Shown: piece by piece, positions 39,514 through 48,720 of the stretch | How positions within the stretch are numbered: the stretch's first letter is position 1 | Layout: each line of letters opens with the position of its first letter | Assembly: GCA_007126035.1 (NCBI GenBank) | Contig: SLCC01000010.1 | Coordinates: forward strand, 9,141 to 73,140 | Length of the DNA stretch: 64,000 nt | DNA from: Gemmatimonadota bacterium | GTDB lineage: Bacteria; Gemmatimonadota; Gemmatimonadetes; Longimicrobiales; RSA9 | Direction of reading: 5' to 3' | The notes under the pieces: model-generated | What the model saw: the letters and a program-made list of their open reading frames with translations, nothing else | Database searches by the model: none | What the model was told of the DNA's origin: nothing | Position numbers and translations under genes: made by a program

Positions 39514-39996
39514 TCAGTCTTCCGCGTCGCTATCGCCACTGCCGCCGGGCGTGATCCTGCTCAGGAGGCCGCCGCTTTCCCCGGACGCGCCGCCGGTAAC
39601 GTCTTCCACCTGGCTGACGGAGCGCGTCAGTACCTCGCGGTAGAGGTCCGGCGTCTGCTCGATGGACTGGAACGTGCGCTCGATTATGCGTGCCACTTCT
39701 TCCAGGTAGACGCGCAGGTGTGTCTGCGCCTCCACGCCCTTGATATTGATCTTGACGTCATCGATCTCCACGTCCACGCCGGCCTCGAGGCGCAGGAGCC
39801 CTGCGATTCGTGCGTTGAGGGAGAGGTGGGCGGTGAGGTTGCCCACCTCGATGTCCACCTCGTCCACCTTGAGTTCGGGCACGTGGAGGACCACGTCTCC
39901 CTCTTCTTTGGTTCCTCGATGATCGGATTCCGGGTCCTGTGCTGCTCCCAGGGAACGGCCTACCGACTCGGGCTGTTCGGGGCTAGTAGTTGACAT
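39514..39996 (-). CDS. Conserved hypothetical beta-rich acidic protein
   Basis: DVVLHVPELKVDEVDIEV...IKGVEAQ pattern; AAGGAG RBS. Confidence 0.75.
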   Translation of the reverse strand: MSTTSPEQPESVGRSLGAAQDPESDHRGTKEEGDVVLHVPELKVDEVDIEVGNLTAHLSLNARIAGLLRLEAGVDVEIDDVKINIKGVEAQTHLRVYLEEVARIIERTFQSIEQTPDLYREVLTRSVSQVEDVTGGASGESGGLLSRITPGGSGDSDAED

Positions 39997-40034
39997 GTCT
40001 CATTCTCTCCTTTCCGAAGGGCCAGGCGCCGAGG

Positions 40035-40090
40035 CGCAAGAACGGGTCCTTTCCGGGTGGGGGGGGTGGACGCCTGGAATGTGCCTTGCA
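40035..40090. promoter_or_regulatory. Back-to-back pair of sigma54-type motifs
   Basis: Minus strand 40035-40050 AGGACCCGTTCTTGCG; plus strand 40075-40090 TGGAATGTGCCTTGCA. Both are GG-N10-GC with TTGC. Confidence 0.6.
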
Positions 40091-40146
40091 CCGGGCACTG
40101 CTGGTGTGTGGGCTGTGTCACGTCGGAAGTACTGGAGGCAAGCGTG

Positions 40147-40629
40147 ATGAGAATCGGCGGCAGTGTTCTGCTCATAGGACTCCTTGTGCTGGCGTGCGAG
40201 CCGGCGGGCGAGCCTGACCGTTTGCCCCAGGCGGACACGCCGGCCCCGGTCACTCCTGATCCACCTCCCGTGACTTCACCGGAGGAGATCCATGGTCCTG
40301 CTGCCGCGCCCATTGAGCCGGTGGAGGGTTCCGGGGTGGCCGGCCAGATGGCCGTCTCCCGTACTGACGGCCGGGCCGTCATCACTGTGGCTGTCCAGGG
40401 CGCGCCGCCGGAATCGCGTCTCCAGGCCGTGGTCCTGAGCGGCACCTGTGACGATCCTGGCGGCGGCGTGGCGGATCTGGATCTCTTCTTCGCGGAGCGG
40501 GATGGCAGCGCCAGGCGTGAGATGGAGGCTGTCCTCCCGCCCCCGGGTCCTGACGGTCAGATCCTTGCGCTGTACCAGCCGGAGACCGGAGGAGACCGGA
40601 TGCTGGCGTGCGGCGAGCTACCGCTATGA
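40147..40629 (+). CDS. Lipoprotein with degenerate SOD-like fold (paralogue of 30234)
   Basis: Lipobox VLAC; Pro-rich linker; SGVAG, VLSGTC and MLACGEL; GGAGG RBS. Confidence 0.72.
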   Translation: MRIGGSVLLIGLLVLACEPAGEPDRLPQADTPAPVTPDPPPVTSPEEIHGPAAAPIEPVEGSGVAGQMAVSRTDGRAVITVAVQGAPPESRLQAVVLSGTCDDPGGGVADLDLFFAERDGSARREMEAVLPPPGPDGQILALYQPETGGDRMLACGELPL

Positions 40630-40761
40630 GCGGTGGTGGGGGCCGGGTTCTCGGGCGGTGGGCACGGGAGCAGCCGCTGGGCTTGACCGATCCGTGACGG
40701 AATGACCGAAGACGACAGGCAAGGAGGACTGGAGAGACGCGAGAAGGGCGGCACGCGGACA

Positions 40762-41493
40762 ATGCGTATTGCCGCGGTGGGCGACTTCCACTGCGGCGGT
40801 CACGGCCACGGGCCGGACCTGACGGAGCTCTTCACCGATGCCTCCCGCAACGCCGACGTGCTCCTTCTGCTGGGTGACATGACCACCCACGGGGAGCCGG
40901 ACCAGATGCGGGAGTTCACCCGCTTCCTGTCCGGTGTAGACATCCCGGTCCTGGCGGTGCTGGGCAACCATGACCACGAGTCTGACCAGGCCGACCGGGT
41001 CCAGGCGGTCCTGGAGGAGGCTGGGGTCCGGGTGCTGGACGGCGATGCGGCGGAGGTGGACGGTATCGGCTTCGCCGGCACCAAGGGTTTCGGCGGCGGC
41101 TTCGGCCGTCATGCGCTGACCACCTTCGGTGAGCGGGAGACGAAGGCGTTCGTGGACGCCGCCCTGGCTGAGGAGCTCAAGCTGGAGCGCGCGCTGTCGG
41201 AGCTTCGAACGGAGACGCGGGTCGTCCTGCTGCACTATTCGCCCGTGGCAGACACGCTGGGTGACGAGCCGCACCAGATATGGCCGTTCCTGGGATCCTC
41301 CAGGCTGCTCACGCCCATCGAGAACTACCAGGCGACGGTGGTCTTCCACGGCCATGCTCACATAGGCGCCGCCGAGGCCCGGACGCCCGCGGGCGTCCCC
41401 GTCTACAATGTGGCCATGCCGCTCCTGAAGGCGGCCGGTCTCCGCTACCGCCTGTGGACTACGCCCGCCCCGGAGCGCCGGGGCCGCGGGTAG
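40762..41493 (+). CDS. Calcineurin-like metallophosphoesterase
   Basis: GDFH, LGDMT, LGNHD and FHGHAH; start may be 40702. Confidence 0.9.
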   Translation: MRIAAVGDFHCGGHGHGPDLTELFTDASRNADVLLLLGDMTTHGEPDQMREFTRFLSGVDIPVLAVLGNHDHESDQADRVQAVLEEAGVRVLDGDAAEVDGIGFAGTKGFGGGFGRHALTTFGERETKAFVDAALAEELKLERALSELRTETRVVLLHYSPVADTLGDEPHQIWPFLGSSRLLTPIENYQATVVFHGHAHIGAAEARTPAGVPVYNVAMPLLKAAGLRYRLWTTPAPERRGRG

Positions 41494-41585
41494 GGCGCCC
41501 ATCCCTCCATCCCGCAGGGAATTGCCTCGCACCGGATTTCAGCCCAGATTCCGTCGTACACCTTCCCCACAACTGAACCGGTGCT

Positions 41586-44500
41586 GTGATGAGACAGATA
41601 GACTTCCGCGCCACGTTCGTGGCAGCCCTGCTCCTGTTTGCTGCGCCTTCCGGGGCCCTCATGGCCCAGGACGCGACGGCCCAGGCGGAGGCAGCGCAGG
41701 CGACGCTTCCGGAGGGCGAGGCGGCGTGGCTGCGGTACCCGGCCATATCGCCTGACGGCCAGACACTGGCATTCACCTACCAGGGCGACCTCTGGCGGGT
41801 GCCTGTCCAGGGCGGAGAGGCGGTGCGCCTCACCACCCACCCCGCCCACGACTACCGTCCGGTCTGGAGCCCTGATGGGCGGCACATAGCCTTTGCCAGC
41901 GACCGGTTCGGCAGTTTCCAGGTCTTCATCATGCCCGCCCGTGGCGGCGAGCCCCGACGGCTGACCTTCCATTCGGCCAGCGAGACGCCCTTCGCCTTCA
42001 CAGCTGACGGCGCTCATGTGATCTTCGGCGCCGCGCGGCTGGACGACGCGGCGAACCGCCAGTTCCCGTCCGGCGCGCTGCCCGAGCTCTACCAGGTCCC
42101 TGTGACGGGCGGCCGGGTGGTCCAGCTCACCACGCTGCCGGCCGAGGACGTGGCGGTCAGCCGTGACGGCAGCCACATCGTCTACCACGACCGTAAGGGC
42201 GGCGAGAACGAGTGGCGCAAGTACCAGAGTTCGTCCATCACCCGCGACCTGTGGCTCTGGGACCGGCAAGCCGACACGCACCGCCAGCTCACCGACTCCG
42301 GCGTCGAGGACCGGAGCCCTGTGCTGGTCCGTGGCAGCGATGGCAGCGACCGGATCTTCTTCCTGAGCGAGGCCAGCGGTTCGTTCAACGTCCACAGCAT
42401 GCCGGTCACGGGCGGTGCCCCGACCCAGGTGACCCGGTTCCGGGGCGCCCCGGTGCGGTTCCTCTCCGCGGCCGACAACGGCACCCTGGCCTTCGGCCAC
42501 GACGGCCTCCTCTACACCCTGACCCCGGGTGCCGCCGAGCCCCGCCGGGTACCGGTGCGCATCGCATCTGACTGGAAGGCCAACGACGAGCGGGTGATCC
42601 AGGTCTCCGGCGGCCTCGGCGCCATCGTAGTGTCGCCCACGGGCAAGGAGATCGCGTTCACCTCCCGTGGCGAGGTCTTCGTAACCAGCGTCGAGACGGC
42701 GACGACCAAGCGCATCACTGACACGCCCGAGCGCGAGCTCAGCGTCAGCTTCACCCCGGACAGCGCCGCCATCATCTACGCCTCCGAGCGCGACGGCAGG
42801 TGGGGGATCTACGAGGCCCGGCGAGTGCGGGACGAGGAGCCGTACTTCTTCGCCTCCACGCTCATCGAGGAGCGGCCGGTGGTGGTGAACGACCGGCAGA
42901 ACTCGCAGCCGCTCCCTTCACCCGACGGCAAGCGCCTGGCCTTCGTCGAGGACCTGCACACACTCCGGGTCCTGGACCATGAGACGGGCGATGTGGTCAC
43001 GCTGCTCACCGACGAGCAGATCTTCGGCGGCGGCCAGTTCGAGTGGAGCCCCGACGGCCGGTGGATCCTCTTCACCTGGGCGATCCCGGGCCGGGCGGCG
43101 AGGGACATCGGCGTGGTCCGCACCGACGGCTCGGGCGAGATCATCAACCTGACCCAGAGCGGCTTCAGCGACTCCAGCGCCCAGTGGATCCTGGGCGGCC
43201 GGGCCATGATCTGGCGCAGCAACCGGGACGGGCTCCGCAGCCTGGCGGCAACCGGCGGTGGCCAGGGCGATGTCTACGCCATGTTCTTCAACCAGAACGC
43301 GTGGGACGAGTTCCAGCTCACCAAGGAAGAGCTGGAGCTGCGGCGGAAGGCGCGGGGCGACAACGACGGCGAGGGCAACGGGCGACGTGGTCGCGGCGAG
43401 CAGCGCGACGATGCCGAGCTGCTCGAGCTGGACTTCCACGGCGCCCGGGACCGGCAGATTCGCCTGACCATTCACTCGTCGTCCCTGGGCGGCTTCCTGG
43501 CCAGCAAGGACGGGGAGACGCTCTACTACCTGGCCCGGTTCGACCGGGGTCTGAACCTCTGGTCCACCAACCTCCGGACTCGTGAGACGCGCCAGGTCCT
43601 GACCCTCAACGCCAACTCCGCCAACATCCAGTGGAACCAGGACCAGGACCGCATCTTCCTGGTGGCCAACGGCAGCGCCTCCGTCGTCAACCCGACCAAC
43701 TGGAGCCGGACCTCCATACCCGTCCGCGGCGAGATGATAGTGAGCGGCCAGGCTGAGCGGGCGGCCATGTTCGACCAGATGTGGCGCCGGGTGCGCGACG
43801 CCTTCTACACCCGCACCTTCCACGGCGCCGACTGGGACGCCGTCCGCGGGATGTACGAGAAGTTCCTGCCCCACGTGGGCAACAACCGCGAGTTCACCGA
43901 GCTGTTGAGCGAGGCGCTGGGCGAGCTGAACGTGAGCCACTCCGGAGCCCGTTACGGCACCTCGTCGCCCACTGACGACGCCACCGCCGCCCTGGGCATC
44001 TTCTACGACCAGTCGGAGGCCGCCGCCCGGACGGACGGCATCAGGATCACCGAGATCATGAAGGGCGGACCGCTGGACCGGGCCGGCCTGGAGATCCGGG
44101 CCGGCGCCATCATCGAGGCCATCGACGGGGAGGCCCTGCCCCCCGCCGTCGACCTGCCCCAGCTCCTGAACCGGAAGGCGGGCAACAATGTGCTCCTCCG
44201 GGTACGTGACGCGCCCGAGGACGGCGGCCAGGTCCGGGACGTGGTGGTCAAGCCCATCACGCTGGGCGCGGAGGCGGGCCTCCGCTACGACCGCTGGGTG
44301 GAGATGAACCGGCGCGAGGTGGAGGAGCTGAGCGGCGGCCGGCTGGGCTACGTGCATGTGCGCGGCATGAACGACCGGGCCTACCGCTCCACCTTCGAAG
44401 AGGTCATGGGCCGCCACTTCGACAAGGACGGCCTGGTGGTGGACACCCGCTTCAACCCGGGTGGCGACCTGGTGGCCGACCTGGAGATGTTCTTCAGCGG

Positions 44501-44894
44501 GCGCCGCTTCTTCGATTACACCACCGACGACCGTAGCAGCGGTTACGAGCCCAACTTCCGGTGGACACGGCCCACCGTCACACTGGCGGTGGAGGGCAAC
44601 TACTCCGACGGCCACTGCTTCGCCTGGGCCTACCAGGAGATGGGGATCGGCCCCCTCATCGGCATGCCGGTGCCCGGCACCTGCACCTTCGGCGGCGGCC
44701 AGGGCCTCATGGACGGGATCAGCTACGGCGTTCCCGCCAGGGGCGTGAAGGACGCCACCACCGGCCGCTTCCTCGAGAACTGGCAGACCTACCCGGACAT
44801 CCAGGTCCGGAACGAGCCGGGCATCGTGGACCAGGGCAGAGACCAGCAGCTGGAGCGGGCCGTACAGGAGCTGCTCCGGCTGGTGGACGGCTAG
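41586..44894 (+). CDS. Tricorn-like S41 protease (beta-propellers, PDZ, S41)
   Basis: Signal peptide; PD40-like repeats (SPDG); ELNVSH, GYVHV, DTRFNPGG and NYSDG (catalytic Ser). Confidence 0.92.
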   Translation: MMRQIDFRATFVAALLLFAAPSGALMAQDATAQAEAAQATLPEGEAAWLRYPAISPDGQTLAFTYQGDLWRVPVQGGEAVRLTTHPAHDYRPVWSPDGRHIAFASDRFGSFQVFIMPARGGEPRRLTFHSASETPFAFTADGAHVIFGAARLDDAANRQFPSGALPELYQVPVTGGRVVQLTTLPAEDVAVSRDGSHIVYHDRKGGENEWRKYQSSSITRDLWLWDRQADTHRQLTDSGVEDRSPVLVRGSDGSDRIFFLSEASGSFNVHSMPVTGGAPTQVTRFRGAPVRFLSAADNGTLAFGHDGLLYTLTPGAAEPRRVPVRIASDWKANDERVIQVSGGLGAIVVSPTGKEIAFTSRGEVFVTSVETATTKRITDTPERELSVSFTPDSAAIIYASERDGRWGIYEARRVRDEEPYFFASTLIEERPVVVNDRQNSQPLPSPDGKRLAFVEDLHTLRVLDHETGDVVTLLTDEQIFGGGQFEWSPDGRWILFTWAIPGRAARDIGVVRTDGSGEIINLTQSGFSDSSAQWILGGRAMIWRSNRDGLRSLAATGGGQGDVYAMFFNQNAWDEFQLTKEELELRRKARGDNDGEGNGRRGRGEQRDDAELLELDFHGARDRQIRLTIHSSSLGGFLASKDGETLYYLARFDRGLNLWSTNLRTRETRQVLTLNANSANIQWNQDQDRIFLVANGSASVVNPTNWSRTSIPVRGEMIVSGQAERAAMFDQMWRRVRDAFYTRTFHGADWDAVRGMYEKFLPHVGNNREFTELLSEALGELNVSHSGARYGTSSPTDDATAALGIFYDQSEAAARTDGIRITEIMKGGPLDRAGLEIRAGAIIEAIDGEALPPAVDLPQLLNRKAGNNVLLRVRDAPEDGGQVRDVVVKPITLGAEAGLRYDRWVEMNRREVEELSGGRLGYVHVRGMNDRAYRSTFEEVMGRHFDKDGLVVDTRFNPGGDLVADLEMFFSGRRFFDYTTDDRSSGYEPNFRWTRPTVTLAVEGNYSDGHCFAWAYQEMGIGPLIGMPVPGTCTFGGGQGLMDGISYGVPARGVKDATTGRFLENWQTYPDIQVRNEPGIVDQGRDQQLERAVQELLRLVDG

Positions 44895-44931
44895 TAGTAA
44901 TCGGAAAGGCGAGCGCGCCATCATCCTTCCA

Positions 44932-44970
44932 GAGCGCCTGCCCGGCCAGCCTCGGCCCGGGCAGGCGCTC
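44932..44970. terminator. Hairpin downstream of the tricorn gene
   Basis: GAGCGCCTGCCCGG ... CCGGGCAGGCGCTC forms a 14-bp stem. Confidence 0.6.
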
Positions 44971-45089
44971 ACACGTTCCGGGCCTTCGGCCGGATCGGAT
45001 TGGCCCGCGAGCCGGAATCTTCTCATACGCGAAGAAGGTCTCGGCCCGGACGCCCTCCACGAGGTGGGGGTCAGCGAGCTCCAGGAGCG

Positions 45090-45115
45090 GAGGCTGGGAG
45101 GTGGCGGGGCGGTCG
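45090..45115 (-). repeat. Interspersed repeat copy C (core only)
   Basis: GAGGCTGGGAGGTGGCGGGGCGGTCG is identical over 26 nt to 29844-29869. Confidence 0.85.
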
Positions 45116-45334
45116 TACGTGTGCCCTGCGTCGGAGGAGCGACGCACTCTGAACTTTGTATCATATCGGATCAATAGCAGTACCAATGCGTGACAAAGTC
45201 GCGCTGCCCCCCAGTCCTTTTGCCGGACCCAATCAGCTGTGGCTTGGTGGTTTACACTCCGTTGCAGTCTGGCGGCACCGAACCTGTAATGGTACCCGCG
45301 GGCGACACGTGGACCGTGACAAAAAACGACCGTC

Positions 45335-46387
45335 ATGCTAATCAGTGAAGATAGGCTGTGTCAGTCGACCATCCTGGTGGTGGACGACGACCCGAAGTCG
45401 CTGCGCCTGATCTCAGCGCTTCTGGAGGCGGAAGGCTTCACCAACGTGGTGACCACCACCAGGCCGTCGGAGGTCTTGCACCTGTTCGCTCGGGAGCAGC
45501 CCGACCTGATCATCCTGGACCTGCACATGCCGGAGCGGACAGGTCTGGAGGTCATCGAGGACCTGAAGCCGTGGATCACGCCCAGCTCGTTCCTGCCCAT
45601 CGTGATGCTCACGGGTGATCAGGCAGCGGAGTCGCGGCAGCAGGCGCTGAAGTCGGGCGCCATGGACTTCCTGACCAAGCCGTTCGATTCGGCAGAGGTC
45701 TCACTCCGCATCCGCAATCTGCTGACCACGCGCCACATGCATGCCCGCGTGGAGAACCAGAACCTGATCCTGGAGCAGCTGGTCTCCGAGCGGACCTCGG
45801 AGCTGGAGGAGGCTCGCCTGGAGATATTGGACCGCCTGGCCCGGGCGGCGGAGTTCCGGGACGACGATACGGGGGAGCACACTCGCCGGGTCGGCGAGAT
45901 CGCCCGCGGCATAGGACTGGTGCTGGGGCTGAGCGAGGAAGATGCGGAGACGATCCGGCGGGCCGCGCCGCTCCACGACCTGGGCAAGATCGGGATTCCC
46001 GACACCATCCTTCTCAAGCCCGGCCAACTCTCGCCAAATGAGTACAAGGTCATGCGCCGCCACACGCTGATCGGCGCCAAGATCCTCACTGGCAGCGACG
46101 TGCCCCTGCTCCATACGTCGTCCGCCATTGCCCTGACCCATCACGAGCGCTGGGACGGCACCGGCTATCCCGAGGGCATGCAGGGGCCAGACATCCCGCT
46201 GGTGGGCCGGATCGTGGCTGTAGCGGACGTCTTCGATGCCCTCACCCATACCAGGCCGTACAAGGATGCCTGGCCGGTCGAACGGGCCATGGAGGAGTTG
46301 GCGGCTCAGGCGGGCAAGCAGTTCGATCCCGCGGTGGTCGAAGCGTTCACCTACTACCTGAGCCGCAACGGCAGCGCCTCCGGCTGA
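45335..46387 (+). CDS. Response regulator with HD-GYP c-di-GMP phosphodiesterase domain (RpfG-like)
   Basis: Receiver motifs VVDDD, LDLHMP and KPF; [25 protein letters not shown] and RPYK. Confidence 0.93.
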   Translation: MLISEDRLCQSTILVVDDDPKSLRLISALLEAEGFTNVVTTTRPSEVLHLFAREQPDLIILDLHMPERTGLEVIEDLKPWITPSSFLPIVMLTGDQAAESRQQALKSGAMDFLTKPFDSAEVSLRIRNLLTTRHMHARVENQNLILEQLVSERTSELEEARLEILDRLARAAEFRDDDTGEHTRRVGEIARGIGLVLGLSEEDAETIRRAAPLHDLGKIGIPDTILLKPGQLSPNEYKVMRRHTLIGAKILTGSDVPLLHTSSAIALTHHERWDGTGYPEGMQGPDIPLVGRIVAVADVFDALTHTRPYKDAWPVERAMEELAAQAGKQFDPAVVEAFTYYLSRNGSASG

Positions 46388-46402
46388 CCGGACACCATTT
46401 TC

Positions 46403-48631
46403 ATGTCTGTGCTCGCGTTGCTGAGGTTGCTGACAGGAGCCCGGCGCCAGCCGCTGGACACCGACCAGTCCATCACGCTGCCGGCGCTCGATGAGCTGGA
46501 CCGCCTGCCTGAGCTGAGCCTGCCCTGGCGTGACCTGGTCCAGGCTGCCGCTGACCTGGCGGTGCCGAGCCTGTGCGATTGGTGCGTGGTTACCGTGGAG
46601 GGCACGGACAGGGGGGAACGGGAGCGGATGGTTGCTCATCCCTCCAACGAAGCGCGGTACGCCCTGGAGCAAGCGCTGCAGCGGGACCCACTGGAGCTGA
46701 ACCAACGGCATCTGAACGCCATCACCACGGAAGCGCTGTCCACCGGCAAGGCGCAGGTCACCAGGCCATCACCCGACTGGACGCTCCGGCTGTATGGCAC
46801 CAACCCGTCGGAACGGTACCTCCTGGAAGAGCTGACACCCCACTGGGTAGCCGCCTACCCCCTGATCAGTCGCGGCTCCGTGACCGGCGCCGTCACCTGC
46901 GCAGTCCTGGACCCCCAACTCGACGAGAGCACCCGGGCGCACCAGGCGAGGTTCGCCCGGCGCCTGACCCACGTCCTGGATCACGGTCGGCAGATCAAGG
47001 AGCTGGAAAGCGCCCGCGAGGCGCTACGTCAGGCCAGGACCCAGGTATACTCCATCCTGGACCCCGATTTCGGCGCGGTCGCCACCGTGGGCAAGGAATG
47101 GAACCTCACCTACCTGAACACCGCCGCTCAGAAGCTGCTCCAGCTGTCACCTGACCAACACCACGGCCGCAGCGTCCTGGATTCTCTGTCCAAGAAGATC
47201 CTGGCCTCGCCGCTCGGCGAGCTGTGGGTGACCGCCCTGACCCACGGCGACACGGGATCCGCCCGTTTCCTGGAATCATGGACCGGGGAAAACCGCTGGC
47301 TGGAAGCCCGTGCCTACCCCCTGACCGGCGGAGGCGCGGCGCTTTACGTGCGAGACATCACCAGGGAGCGAGTCCGGGAGGACCGACTCCACCAGCATGA
47401 ACAGGAGCTCCGGGAGGCCCAGAAACTGGAATCGATCGGCCGGCTCACCGGTGGGGTGGCCCATGACTTCAACAATATCCTGATGGCGATCAACGGTCAC
47501 ACCGAACTCGCCCTGCGCAAGATCCCCGAGGACCACCCCAGCCGGGAATCTCTGGGCGAGGTCCGGGCGTCGGCGGAACGAGGCGCCCACCTGATCCGAC
47601 AACTCCTGACGTACAGCCGGAAGACCAAGCAGCAGCGGCGGTCCGTCGACCTGCCCGGACTGGTAGGCACCCTGGAGGCCAGTCTCCTCCGCCTGTTGGG
47701 CGAGGACGTGGAGCTCAGCGTCCGCGCCGAATGGAACGTGCCTCCCGTCCTGGCCGACCCGAACCAGCTCGAGCAGGTCATCATGAACCTGGCGGTCAAC
47801 GCGAGGGACGCCATGCCGTCAGGCGGACTGCTCCGGATCGATATCGAGCGACGTCGCAACCTGGAGCGCGCGGCGCAGGTCCCGGCAGAGACACCCGCCC
47901 ATGGCTGGGTGCTCCTGACCGTCACCGATCACGGGGTGGGAATTCCCGAGACGGTGCTGCCCCACGTGTTCGAGCCGTTCTTCACCACCAAGTCCAATCG
48001 CTCCGGCACCGGTCTGGGCCTCTCCACCGTCCACGGCATTGTCAGCCAACACGGCGGCACCATCGGCATCCAGAGCGAGTCCGGGAATGGTACCACGGTC
48101 CAAATCTACCTCCCGGCCTGCGCCGGGGTGACGGAGCCCGCAGTGCCCCGAACCGGCCCGGCAGCCAACCGCGACACGAACGGCGGGAAGCCCCATTCGG
48201 AACGGAAGCGGCGGCCCCGTCCCGCCCCGGCGGACGGTCAGGGCACGATCCTGGTGGCCGAAGACGAGGAGCGGGTGCTCGAATTCGTCTGCTCGACGCT
48301 CAGGGACCATGGATACCAGGTGGTCGAGGCCAGGAACGGCGCGGATGCACTGGCAGTCATGAAGCGGCAGGGGACGGCGGTCCGGCTGCTCCTGACGGAC
48401 CTGGTCATGCCCTACATGGGTGGACGGGAGCTGGGTGAGCGCCTGGCAGAATCGGTCCCCGATATCAAGGTGGTCTACATGTCGGGGTACGCCGAGAACG
48501 AGATCTCACGGAACGGCGATGTGCCGGAAGACGTGGTGCTCCTCGAGAAACCGTTCTCGGGAGACCACCTGCTGGACGTGGTGGAGAGCGTCCTGTCTGG
48601 CAGCAGGACCGCGGTCGCGTGTGTCACCTGA
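46403..48631 (+). CDS. Cytoplasmic hybrid sensor histidine kinase (GAF-like, PAS, HisKA, HATPase, receiver)
   Basis: GGVAHDFNN, NLAVNARDAM, FEPFFTTK, GTGLGL and receiver TDLVMP; no TM helix seen. Confidence 0.92.
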   Translation: MSVLALLRLLTGARRQPLDTDQSITLPALDELDRLPELSLPWRDLVQAAADLAVPSLCDWCVVTVEGTDRGERERMVAHPSNEARYALEQALQRDPLELNQRHLNAITTEALSTGKAQVTRPSPDWTLRLYGTNPSERYLLEELTPHWVAAYPLISRGSVTGAVTCAVLDPQLDESTRAHQARFARRLTHVLDHGRQIKELESAREALRQARTQVYSILDPDFGAVATVGKEWNLTYLNTAAQKLLQLSPDQHHGRSVLDSLSKKILASPLGELWVTALTHGDTGSARFLESWTGENRWLEARAYPLTGGGAALYVRDITRERVREDRLHQHEQELREAQKLESIGRLTGGVAHDFNNILMAINGHTELALRKIPEDHPSRESLGEVRASAERGAHLIRQLLTYSRKTKQQRRSVDLPGLVGTLEASLLRLLGEDVELSVRAEWNVPPVLADPNQLEQVIMNLAVNARDAMPSGGLLRIDIERRRNLERAAQVPAETPAHGWVLLTVTDHGVGIPETVLPHVFEPFFTTKSNRSGTGLGLSTVHGIVSQHGGTIGIQSESGNGTTVQIYLPACAGVTEPAVPRTGPAANRDTNGGKPHSERKRRPRPAPADGQGTILVAEDEERVLEFVCSTLRDHGYQVVEARNGADALAVMKRQGTAVRLLLTDLVMPYMGGRELGERLAESVPDIKVVYMSGYAENEISRNGDVPEDVVLLEKPFSGDHLLDVVESVLSGSRTAVACVT

Positions 48632-48720
48632 CGAGACAGCGCCGCTGACGGCCACGACCATCCCGTAGAGACGACGAGCCACGGTGGGCGCGCACGATCC
48701 TTGATCCGACGCCCTCTCCC

